Shown one piece after another: positions 22,979 to 31,520 of a stretch of 64,000 nucleotides of DNA. The stretch is from Anaerolineae bacterium. GTDB taxonomy: Bacteria; Chloroflexota; Anaerolineae; Aggregatilineales; Phototrophicaceae. Under the pieces are notes generated by a model. It was not told the origin of the DNA, ran no database searches, and saw nothing but the letters and a program-made list of their open reading frames with translations. Numbering within the stretch: the first letter of the stretch is position 1; each line of letters begins with the position of its first letter. The DNA lies in NCBI GenBank assembly GCA_034435635.1, contig DAOTWY010000040.1, positions 4,116-68,115 on the forward strand, written 5' to 3'. A program made the translations under genes and the position numbers.

Positions 22979-25501
22979 ATGCGTCGTTATCTGTGGCTAA
23001 TTTTGATTTTATGGGGGGCGTTTGCCCTGCGGATGTGGCATTTAGATACCGAATCCATCTGGCATGATGAAGGATGGAGTATCCGTGCCATCCGTGGACC
23101 CTTTACAACACCAGATGACAATACCCCTTTTTTGTATTATTTCACGGGGCATTTATTATGGCGTGCTGGTGCAGGTGAGTCACCCCTGGCGTTTCGCTAT
23201 ATCTCTGTGTTGATTGGCATCGTAGTTGTCGCGATGGCTTATCGTTTGGCACAACGCTGGTTTGGGGGGCGTTGGACGGTTCTTGTGGGGATATTGACGG
23301 GAATCTCACCGCTATTATGGGAATATTCGCAAGAAGTCCGGGCTTATACTGCTGTGCCACTGGTGGCATTAGGTATGTTGGCAGCAGCTTATATGTTATT
23401 GCGTGCCCCTCTCATCCCGCGCCGAGCCTGGGTTTTTGCTGGGCTTGTGCAGCTAGCCGGTTTATACACGCATAATCTTAGTGTGCCGCTAGTAGTGTGG
23501 CTGAATTTGACACTTGGTATCGTCTGGCTAATCCGCCGACAATGGCGGCAGATACTCATTTGGGCTGGTGTAGAGATCATCGTCCTCATCGGCTATATCC
23601 CCTGGGTATTGACTCAATCACCGTCTGGCACGCCTTTAAATACGCCACCACAATTAGGGCTAAATTTAGCGCGGGATATATGGGCAAGCTATTTTTATCC
23701 GGTATTGGCACAATTAAACTATGCACAGACAAACACCGAACTCGGTTTGGATACCCTTCTGCCTGTTACAGTGTTGGGGCTTTTGGTGACGTTGCTCACC
23801 CTCGCTTGGGGCATTCAGCGTAAGCAAATCATGATTTTATGGCTACTCGCATCTCATGCGGTATTGGTGCCTCTTTTTAGCACCTTATTGATGATTGCCG
23901 CTCATATTGATTTTCATCCACGTTATTATATTGCAGCTGTCCCCGGTACGATACTCTTACTCATTGGAGGCATTGCCGCTTTACCGCGTCGCGTGCAATA
24001 TGGCGTAGTTGTGTTGATATTGGTGTTTTATATCGGGCTATCGGGCTTTAGCTTATATCAAATCCGCACACGCAGTTTATATCAACATGATGATTTCCGT
24101 GGGATTGCGCAATACTATGCAACATTGCCAGCGGATACCGTCATCCTCGTTCCGTTTGATGTAGAACGTGCTTTGCAAGACTATTATGTTGACGCACTTA
24201 ATATCCAAGCACAGTTTATCAACCTACCACTTTATGCCGATGAGGCGACAGTTATCCAAACATTAAATATGTTAGTCCCGCGCCGCGTTGAATTTTTGAC
24301 GTGGTATCAGCTGCCAGCGGATGTGCGTGGAATGTATCCTTGTTTGTTGACCAGTGCTAGCTCAGATGTAACACCACCGCGCTTTTATTTTGGGCTGAGT
24401 ACACAGCAATTTTATCTTGAACGTCCACTTATTCCGCAAACGATGTCACTACAAGGGGCTTATCGAGAGGTGACGCTATTAGACGCGGTGACATTTGCCC
24501 CTTCTATGGCAGGGACGTGTGTTCGTACAAGTTGGCGGTTAAACCAACCCACTGCTGATGATTTTAGTGTTTCTGCAACTGTGTTAAATCCCTTTGGCGG
24601 GGAAATTACTCAGACCGACTCGCTCATAACCCGTGATGACAATGCTGGCACATCGGATTGGGCAGTGGGTGATTCTGGTTCAGCCTATCAATTATTGCAA
24701 TTGCCGGATGGCGCACCGTTAGGTGTATATCCTGTGCGCTGGAATATCTATAGTCCTACTCAATTGAGTGGCTTAGATGTACTGGATGACGCAGGTAATC
24801 CAGCAGGTAAGTTTATACAAACAACTGTCCAACTAGTCGGTCAGCAGGGGACTTTTACCCGTAACCTTGTACAATCAGATAGCGGACAACAAATACAGAC
24901 CGGTATCCCATTTGATGTAACGTTACGCCTTGCACCAACCTCCCAGGCACAAACGGTTGTGGCATTAGTAGGTGACGATTGGACACAAACACAGATTATT
25001 GATAATCCCAATCCTGCCGGTCAGCTTGCGTGGGTGAGATTTGTGGTGCCACCAGGAAATCAAGGCGAGGCGGTATTACAAGTCAACGGTGAGGATATTG
25101 CTCAATATACAGTTATTGATCCGCCACGGTTGTTTGATCCACCTGATTTTGACTTGCCTGTCGGCGAGGATTTCCCCGGCGTTGCAAAGTTGATTGGGGC
25201 AAGCGTAGATGACTTAACTGTAACTTTGGTTTGGCAAGCTCATGCCCCAACAGATATTGCTTATACGGTTTTTGTACAGATGTTGGATGAAGATGGGCGT
25301 GTCATTGCACAGAGCGATGCCCAACCATCACGCCCTACAACAAGCTGGGTTGAAGGTGAGTATATTGTTGATGTACACACCTTACACATTAATGTGCTAG
25401 ATTATGATGGTGAAACTAGCTTGATTGCTGGGTTTTATAATCCGTCGGATTTTCAGCGTGTGCAGACATCCCTTGGAGAGACTTTTGCCCAAATACGTTG
25501 A
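22979..25501 (+). CDS. GT-C fold membrane glycosyltransferase (PMT_2-like) with extended C-terminal region
   Basis: The track ORF starts at TTG 22964; ATG 22979 (MRRYLWLILILWG) is preferred. The first-loop motif is RMWHLDTESIWHDEGWS. A ~350-aa extracytoplasmic C-terminal region ends in the shared module (YTVFVQMLDEDGRVIAQSDAQPSRPTTSWVEGEYIVD). Confidence 0.8.
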   Translation: MRRYLWLILILWGAFALRMWHLDTESIWHDEGWSIRAIRGPFTTPDDNTPFLYYFTGHLLWRAGAGESPLAFRYISVLIGIVVVAMAYRLAQRWFGGRWTVLVGILTGISPLLWEYSQEVRAYTAVPLVALGMLAAAYMLLRAPLIPRRAWVFAGLVQLAGLYTHNLSVPLVVWLNLTLGIVWLIRRQWRQILIWAGVEIIVLIGYIPWVLTQSPSGTPLNTPPQLGLNLARDIWASYFYPVLAQLNYAQTNTELGLDTLLPVTVLGLLVTLLTLAWGIQRKQIMILWLLASHAVLVPLFSTLLMIAAHIDFHPRYYIAAVPGTILLLIGGIAALPRRVQYGVVVLILVFYIGLSGFSLYQIRTRSLYQHDDFRGIAQYYATLPADTVILVPFDVERALQDYYVDALNIQAQFINLPLYADEATVIQTLNMLVPRRVEFLTWYQLPADVRGMYPCLLTSASSDVTPPRFYFGLSTQQFYLERPLIPQTMSLQGAYREVTLLDAVTFAPSMAGTCVRTSWRLNQPTADDFSVSATVLNPFGGEITQTDSLITRDDNAGTSDWAVGDSGSAYQLLQLPDGAPLGVYPVRWNIYSPTQLSGLDVLDDAGNPAGKFIQTTVQLVGQQGTFTRNLVQSDSGQQIQTGIPFDVTLRLAPTSQAQTVVALVGDDWTQTQIIDNPNPAGQLAWVRFVVPPGNQGEAVLQVNGEDIAQYTVIDPPRLFDPPDFDLPVGEDFPGVAKLIGASVDDLTVTLVWQAHAPTDIAYTVFVQMLDEDGRVIAQSDAQPSRPTTSWVEGEYIVDVHTLHINVLDYDGETSLIAGFYNPSDFQRVQTSLGETFAQIR

Positions 25502-25589
25502 CTCCCTAAAGCTCTTCAAAAATAATCCGGTTATCGCCACACGGTGGTGTTGCTCAAAGCCAACGCCATTGATGTGGCGAAATCAGTCC

Positions 25590-26870
25590 TTATTGCGATC
25601 CACGCCGCCAAAACTCAAAACCAGCCAATGCTAATAATCCAGATTGTGCGATTAAAGCGATCGCTAATAGTGCAATGCGGTTGTCGCCGTCCTCGCTGGT
25701 CTGTGGAATATTGATGACTGCTGGTTCTATCAAACCGCTGTTTGTCGTCGGTGGATTGTTCACGGCTTGGGCAACCACTTGTGGGGTCGAACTTGGGCGT
25801 TGGGTGAACGGTGTTGGTGTGGGAGTCGCTGTTGAACTGATTATAGGTGATGTTGATGTCACTGTTGGGCTGAGCAGTGCTGTTGGCTGTGGAGCTTGTG
25901 GCGTAAATGTCGCTGCTGACCAAACAGGCGTTTCTGTGATTTCCGATTGTGGTATAGCCACCTCATTTGATGGGGTAGGAGAGGGAATCACAGTGATAGC
26001 GATAAATGGTGTTTCCGTTGCTGCTGTTTCTGATGATGAGGGTTGTGCTAAATTAGCGACCCCAGCAGCCGGTTCTTCGGTTGTTTCGGCTAAGGGTGTG
26101 GTTTCTGGCGCATCCCAAGGAGGAATCAACACGATTTGACCAATTGCCAAATTACGCCCTTCCTCTTCCGTAAAGCCGTTTAGATCACGTATGCGTTGAA
26201 TGTCATCCCATGTGTAACCGTAAATCAACAGAATGTCACCTAAGGTATCCCCTGGTTGGACTTCGTGCATGATGTTCCCGTTTTCATCCACGCCTACTAT
26301 AAACGACGGTGGTGGTGGGACGGCATTCACATCTGCGGTTGAGCCGTTTCCAAGATAATTGTATGGGTCAGATTGTGGTACAGTGATTGGTGGGGCAACC
26401 CGCACTGATGTGCTCGGGTTTCCAAAAACTAGTACAAATGCTGTTCGTCCATTGCCGGTTGCGCTGGCAATGCCGATATCATAATAATGATCACTTGTTA
26501 TTCCTTGATAATGGATGGGGGAGTTGAGCCAAAATTGCCATGCAGCATCAACTGTCGCATAATTCCCCATATAGATATTTTCACTCACCCAACTAGAAGC
26601 GTATCCAGCTGCTTGGGCACGTGTGCGCGGTGTGGAGCCATTGGCTTGTGTGTGGCTAATCTGCCCGGTCTCCACCATCCAATTGGCTTGATTCTGTGCT
26701 GCGGCGGTCAGTGCCCCATTAAGAGTGTATGGGTGCAATCCTAATGATGCCCGAAGCCCATTAATGCGCCCCAGCAATTCATTAGCGACATCTTGACCTT
26801 CAACAGGTAAAATAACAACAAATATAAACACTAAAAAGATTAGACGTTTCATAAACTGTGATTTTACCAC
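25590..26870 (-). CDS. Exported CAP/SCP (YkwD-like) + LysM protein with PT-rich linker and C-terminal TM anchor
   Basis: Signal peptide, then a CAP-like region (INGLRASLGLHPYTLNGALTAAAQNQANWM...VSENIY). The LysM-like segment is HEVQPGDTLGDILLIYGYTWDDIQRIRDLNG...IGQIVLIP. A ~130-aa T/P/S-rich segment follows, and the C-terminal helix is IALLAIALIAQSGLLALAGF. GTG start; ATG at 26852 is an alternative. Confidence 0.75.
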   Translation of the reverse strand: MVKSQFMKRLIFLVFIFVVILPVEGQDVANELLGRINGLRASLGLHPYTLNGALTAAAQNQANWMVETGQISHTQANGSTPRTRAQAAGYASSWVSENIYMGNYATVDAAWQFWLNSPIHYQGITSDHYYDIGIASATGNGRTAFVLVFGNPSTSVRVAPPITVPQSDPYNYLGNGSTADVNAVPPPPSFIVGVDENGNIMHEVQPGDTLGDILLIYGYTWDDIQRIRDLNGFTEEEGRNLAIGQIVLIPPWDAPETTPLAETTEEPAAGVANLAQPSSSETAATETPFIAITVIPSPTPSNEVAIPQSEITETPVWSAATFTPQAPQPTALLSPTVTSTSPIISSTATPTPTPFTQRPSSTPQVVAQAVNNPPTTNSGLIEPAVINIPQTSEDGDNRIALLAIALIAQSGLLALAGFEFWRRGSQ

Positions 26871-27032
26871 ACACTATCTTGATGTCTATCTGACGATTAC
26901 ACAACGCCCTAGATAAAAATTTGCTAAGAATATCGATCTTTTTAAGGGCAGACGTAACCTTTTTGCCGATCTAGGTGTTTAATATAATACAAGAATTTTT
27001 GAAAGGAGCCAGGCGGTTCACGCCGTAAAAAT

Positions 27033-27674
27033 ATGGATGTTCAATACCTTTTTGGGATGCTGATTATCGTCATCATCAGTTATCTGTTAGGGTCTATTCC
27101 CACAGCTTATATTGTCGCTAAAATCAACGGACGCAACATTTTTGAAGTTGGCAGTGGCAATATGGGCGCAACTAATGTCACACGGGCATTAGGGTTAAAG
27201 TGGGGATTGTTGGTGTTGGCTGTGGATGTGCTCAAAGCTATTTTGGCTATCATCATCGCACGTTGGATCAAGCCTGGCAGCTATGAATCGGCAACCGCAG
27301 TTGCTGCTATTGTGGTCATTGTTGGGCACAACTGGTCTTTGTTCGCATCATTAGTAACTGGTACATTGCGGGGCGGTAAGGGTGCTGCAACAGCTTTTGG
27401 CACCTTATTGATGATTGCGCCTATCCAAGTGTGGATCGGGATGATGATTGTTGGCGGGGTGGTCATTTTGCGGACGCGCTATGTCTCATTAGCCGTTTTA
27501 CTGATGATCGGCTTAGCTGTTTTGTGGTTAACCGTTCTCACTTTGCAGCAGCAACTTGATGAAACAGCTATTTTGTATTCCTGGTCACTAGCTGGTTTAA
27601 TTGTCTTGCGCTTCCGGGAAAATATTCACCGGTTACTTACTGGCACAGAACGTCGGTTAGGGGAACGTGTTTAG
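27033..27674 (+). CDS. plsY: Glycerol-3-phosphate acyltransferase PlsY
   Basis: Motifs GSIPTAYIVAK and GSGNMGATNV. The protein is polytopic, ~210 aa. Confidence 0.9.
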   Translation: MDVQYLFGMLIIVIISYLLGSIPTAYIVAKINGRNIFEVGSGNMGATNVTRALGLKWGLLVLAVDVLKAILAIIIARWIKPGSYESATAVAAIVVIVGHNWSLFASLVTGTLRGGKGAATAFGTLLMIAPIQVWIGMMIVGGVVILRTRYVSLAVLLMIGLAVLWLTVLTLQQQLDETAILYSWSLAGLIVLRFRENIHRLLTGTERRLGERV

Positions 27675-28371
27675 TTTACGATTGACGATAATAACCGCCA
27701 TACTGTTTGGGGTGGCGGTTCTTTCTGCTTGTGGGGGGGCTTCATCATCATCACCAACGGAAACTATGACCGTGAGCTTGTTGCCCCCCACACAAACATA
27801 TACCCCTATTCCTACTATAGTTTTTTTACCAACTGCTACACCATCACAAACATCAACTTCAACGCCATTCCCAACCTTTAATCCACAAAGTGCGGCTGCT
27901 TTGGCACGTCCTACCTTGCCACCGACCTGGACACCGACTTGGACAGTTACGCCGTCTTTTACCCCAACGATTACAAACACCCCAACCATCACCCCCACCA
28001 GAACCATTGATGAACTGTGTCAATCAGGTGTGGATTTAGCATTCGACTGGGAATTGCGGACTTATCAATCAGATGATGTGGCTCCCATATTTGCCTCAAC
28101 GGATGACCCAAACACCACTATTGTGTTCTACGCGGAAAAACAACATGATCCCACTATAACACTTGAGTTTACGTTGCCTGGTGGTAGTTTGTATTTTGCA
28201 GGCGTTCCTATTGAGTCATTTCCTGAACCTGGCATATATGACTGGAAACTCAGTGTGACCCGCGGGGAGGAAACTGGCTTATGTGCTATTCAAGGCACAC
28301 TCACTATTAAAACGCTTAGCCTGTTGGATTTGATGCGCAATGCCTATCCAACCGCTACACCACAAAATTAA
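27667..28371 (+). CDS. Lipoprotein with long Thr/Pro-rich linker
   Basis: The GTG start overlaps the plsY stop by 8 nt. It has the lipobox AVLSAC, a ~90-aa T/P/S linker (TPIPTIVFLPTATPSQTSTSTPFPTF...TPTITNTPTITPTRT) and a C-terminal ~120-aa globular domain. No family recognised. Confidence 0.65.
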   Translation: MFSLRLTIITAILFGVAVLSACGGASSSSPTETMTVSLLPPTQTYTPIPTIVFLPTATPSQTSTSTPFPTFNPQSAAALARPTLPPTWTPTWTVTPSFTPTITNTPTITPTRTIDELCQSGVDLAFDWELRTYQSDDVAPIFASTDDPNTTIVFYAEKQHDPTITLEFTLPGGSLYFAGVPIESFPEPGIYDWKLSVTRGEETGLCAIQGTLTIKTLSLLDLMRNAYPTATPQN

Positions 28372-28413
28372 AAGGGGCGCAGCTATAACAACTAACTACG
28401 CCCAACTAATAAA

Positions 28414-29322
28414 CTAGCCACACCAATCTGCTGTACAAAAGGGCGCAACGCGCACAGACCCGACCGACGGTAGGCTTTCAAAGGTTTCTTGGGTTATATT
28501 TGTAAACCGATAGTCCACAAACACCTCAAACCCATCTCCTCGCACCATCATTAATGTCGAACCACCATCTCTTGCAACAGGTTCTACTTGCGTCCCAATT
28601 GGCATGATGCCAGCGCGGATTGTCGCTGCTAGGTCTATAAACCCGACTGCATCTTGCTGTGTAATTTGAGGCACTGATGGATCGACAATGACACGATTAG
28701 TTGGTGATGGAGAGAGATAGGTTGCCTCCACAAACAATGCGGCTTCTAGAGCTGCTTGTGCGCAAAAATCTGGTGCGGTTCGGTCTGCCATCAATGTAAA
28801 AACACCGCTTTTTTCTAAAAATTGTACCAATGCTTGGGTTACCCGGTCACACCGCATTAATGGTTCCCCACCAATCCACTCTGCCGGACGGCTTGTCATC
28901 ATATGGTCTGCCAATAACTCAAGATCATGCCGGATGTCTCTTGCAATTGCATTTGGTGTGCTTGGCACCACGCCAAACCATCCAGCTAGGGGAGCTTCTG
29001 CGCCTAACAACACCCCTGCCAAAATTTCTAAATCAAGCCGGATTAAGATGGCGAGTTGTGGATCATTAACATCACGGCTGCCACTCCAACCGGGAGGGCG
29101 GCTTGCCCCATATGTTGCGGTGGCTAATCGTTCCAAGTCATCCCGCGCTGCCAGCAATACATCTAAGGTGTTATCTTCTGGTTCACTTGCTTCTGGTATC
29201 GGGGCTTCCTCTGTGGTTTCAACAACTGGTGTCCCAACAGGTTGGGGGTCTGGGGTAGGGTCTTGTGCTAAAACAGGCAATACCATCAGCCAAGTTAACA
29301 AAATCAATGCGATCCCTCGCAT
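28414..29322 (-). CDS. Secreted hypothetical protein
   Basis: Track ORF is 28414-29346. ATG 29322 is preferred because GAGGAG lies ~8 nt upstream and it yields the signal peptide MRGIALILLTWLMVLPVLAQ. No family recognised. Confidence 0.65.
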   Translation of the reverse strand: MRGIALILLTWLMVLPVLAQDPTPDPQPVGTPVVETTEEAPIPEASEPEDNTLDVLLAARDDLERLATATYGASRPPGWSGSRDVNDPQLAILIRLDLEILAGVLLGAEAPLAGWFGVVPSTPNAIARDIRHDLELLADHMMTSRPAEWIGGEPLMRCDRVTQALVQFLEKSGVFTLMADRTAPDFCAQAALEAALFVEATYLSPSPTNRVIVDPSVPQITQQDAVGFIDLAATIRAGIMPIGTQVEPVARDGGSTLMMVRGDGFEVFVDYRFTNITQETFESLPSVGSVRVAPFCTADWCG

Positions 29323-29404
29323 AGTGGCTTCTCCTCGATTATCCATTTACTCGAATAGCTGCATTATAACATGGTCTTGTTTTTACATAGGTGTATAGCA
29401 ACCC

Positions 29405-31339
29405 TTACTTTAAGAAAAAATCATATAACGGTTGACGTGCTTGCCCGTTAGACTTCACCAAGCCGTATCCATTATCCATCGTATCCGCCCATGCATACCA
29501 GATCGCACAAGCTACTTTGCCAGGGAAGTTTGTCCGGATAATCTTCAAAAATCCATCAGCATATTGCCTAACACTATTGGCGATACTATCATCGCCTTGA
29601 CGGTCTAAAACACCCCATTCTGTAATCCAAACCGGCTTATTCGGTAAAACTTGTGCATACCGTCGAATTGATTCGCCTAAATCACCAAACGGGCTAAACA
29701 TATGTCCTACCGGTCCACGTCCATATGGATGAAATGCGATACCATCCGGCTGCACACCAGATGGCAACAAGTTCATTACTTTTTGGGCATAGGGTACACC
29801 CGTACCCGGTCCACTGGCGTGCCCGCCGGTGATAATTTTGACCGAGGAATCAGCCTGCCGGATTGCCGATATCGATTGAGCTAGCAAGTTAGCATATTCA
29901 TTAGCTGGCATTGGTACAGCTGCTCGAGCATGTTCTGGTGGGGTATCTTGCTCATTCCAAATTTGATACGCATATACCAGCCCAGTATGCGCAAATTGCC
30001 TAGCAATCTTCCCAACGATCTCACTAAAGCGTTTGGCTAAATCCTGCCATCTACCGCTGTCCATTTGATGCCATACATACCCTTGCCCTTCACCAAACGT
30101 TTGATGGGTAAATACTATGATGATTTTAAGCCCTGCACGGTGGTAAGCTTCTAAAAGCGGTCGGTATCGTTCAAAAGTGAAATTTAGATTTGTGTTCCCA
30201 TAACGTTGTGGATTACCTTCTGGAATGGTTGGATTGAGCGAGACATTATATAACAGCCGCGCCCAACCAAGTTTTTTCAACAAACTAGCGTCTGGTTTTC
30301 CTAAGTGATGGTCATTATCTAGATTAACGCCAGGGATAGGCACTCCTGGAATTGCTTCTACTGGGTCATCTGCACCAACCGCTTCTAAATACGATGCCGC
30401 GCTAAAAGCATCTTTACTAACGGGATATACCAGACGAATCCACTTGCCGCGCACACCCACTTTTTCTAATACACGTCCATGACGCTCTTGCACTTCCAAT
30501 AAATCAGTTGATTTAATGATTCCTATCGTATCGCCAAATGTCCCTGGCTTAGAGCGCACTCGTAAATTTGCCACAGTAGGGCGGACTCGTAAATCTTCCC
30601 AATATAGCAATAGTGTAGGATCAATCACATGATTCAGTTGAAAGCCATGGATGCCATTGGGTGGGTTTTGCACGACAATCTTAATCGAATCGCCGGATGC
30701 TTGTCCTAACGTTGCCCCCAATAACACCATTTGCCCATTAGAAACCTGGATGTTTTGCAAGCCGGCATAAATAACCAAATAGGTTTGATTCTCTACTGTG
30801 CTGCTGATCTGAACATATGCACCATAATTGAGCGCGTCGTTGGTGTGGATTACCCTTAGCACTTGCCCGCTAGCACCAGCTTTGACCAATGACCCGGGCT
30901 GTGTTGCTAACTCAATGCCTTCGTGTGGGGTGGGGCTATTTGGCATACCAAATAATTTGATGATCCGCGCTGGACGATAATCAGTTGGGTAATCTAATAC
31001 AAAGCGGTCAAAAATGTGTTTTGGGGTATTGAATTTTTCCCCAAACCGGTCTTTCATTGCGATGCGCTTGGCTAACACACGCGCTAACGCCTCCGGTGTG
31101 TCTACGGCAATCACATCAATCCGTACCACCATCGGATAAATCTCTTTGATGTGTTCATAAGCGTTATCGTTCATCCAAACCTTTGGCACCTGAACGGCAG
31201 TGACTTCTCGAAAACGGTTGAGGTTATTACCATTAGGGGAGCGCACCACCGCAACCCGTTCAAAAGCATCTAAGTACGGGCGCGCTGCCGCTACCCAACG
31301 ATCAAATTCTTTATCTGGCAGCACAAGAGCATGTGTCAT
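29405..31339 (-). CDS. Multidomain protein: degenerate LytM/M23-like domain + SH3b + clan GH-A (GH5-like) TIM-barrel glycoside hydrolase
   Basis: Track ORF is 29405-31453; ATG 31339 (MTHALVLPD) is preferred. The M23-like core is HEGIELATQPGSLVKAGASGQV...YLVIYAGLQNIQVSNGQMVLLGATLG, but the HxH motif is absent. The SH3b-like segment is LRVRSKPGTFGDTIGIIKSTDLLEV...GKWIRL. The GH-A motifs are YQIWNEQD and VWITEWG. No signal peptide is visible. Confidence 0.7.
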   Translation of the reverse strand: MTHALVLPDKEFDRWVAAARPYLDAFERVAVVRSPNGNNLNRFREVTAVQVPKVWMNDNAYEHIKEIYPMVVRIDVIAVDTPEALARVLAKRIAMKDRFGEKFNTPKHIFDRFVLDYPTDYRPARIIKLFGMPNSPTPHEGIELATQPGSLVKAGASGQVLRVIHTNDALNYGAYVQISSTVENQTYLVIYAGLQNIQVSNGQMVLLGATLGQASGDSIKIVVQNPPNGIHGFQLNHVIDPTLLLYWEDLRVRPTVANLRVRSKPGTFGDTIGIIKSTDLLEVQERHGRVLEKVGVRGKWIRLVYPVSKDAFSAASYLEAVGADDPVEAIPGVPIPGVNLDNDHHLGKPDASLLKKLGWARLLYNVSLNPTIPEGNPQRYGNTNLNFTFERYRPLLEAYHRAGLKIIIVFTHQTFGEGQGYVWHQMDSGRWQDLAKRFSEIVGKIARQFAHTGLVYAYQIWNEQDTPPEHARAAVPMPANEYANLLAQSISAIRQADSSVKIITGGHASGPGTGVPYAQKVMNLLPSGVQPDGIAFHPYGRGPVGHMFSPFGDLGESIRRYAQVLPNKPVWITEWGVLDRQGDDSIANSVRQYADGFLKIIRTNFPGKVACAIWYAWADTMDNGYGLVKSNGQARQPLYDFFLK

Positions 31340-31520
31340 AAGCTTTCTATCCTTATATCTATTTGTATATGATGATAAATATAACGCCTTGGTTTGCCAA
31401 AAACTCCCATATCTGGTGCAATTTTGATTGCATAGAAACAAAAATTTACGCAACCTTTACAGCCTAATAACGCTTAATTTTCAGAACGGTGTATTATTTA
31501 AAGAAATGGGAGGTGGGCTT

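Noticed and set aside
25675-26139. Plus-strand 154-aa Gly/Val-rich ORF; ORFs 27657-28007(-) and 43438-43653(-) are of the same kind
   Set aside because: They are antisense translations of Thr/Pro-rich linker-coding DNA, where ACN/CCN codons read backwards as NGT/NGG. This is a typical artefact of PT-rich regions.
28934-29398. Plus-strand 154-aa ORF
   Set aside because: It lies entirely antisense to the secreted-protein gene 28414-29322, which has a strong RBS and signal peptide. Its composition is Ser/Gly/Ala-rich and low-complexity.
31340-31520. Mutually overlapping N-terminal extensions of the divergent ORFs 29405-31453(-) and 31428-32972(+)
   Set aside because: The extensions overlap each other and lack RBSs. 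Internal starts at 31339 and 31521 remove the overlap, and 31521 has GGGAGG plus a signal peptide.
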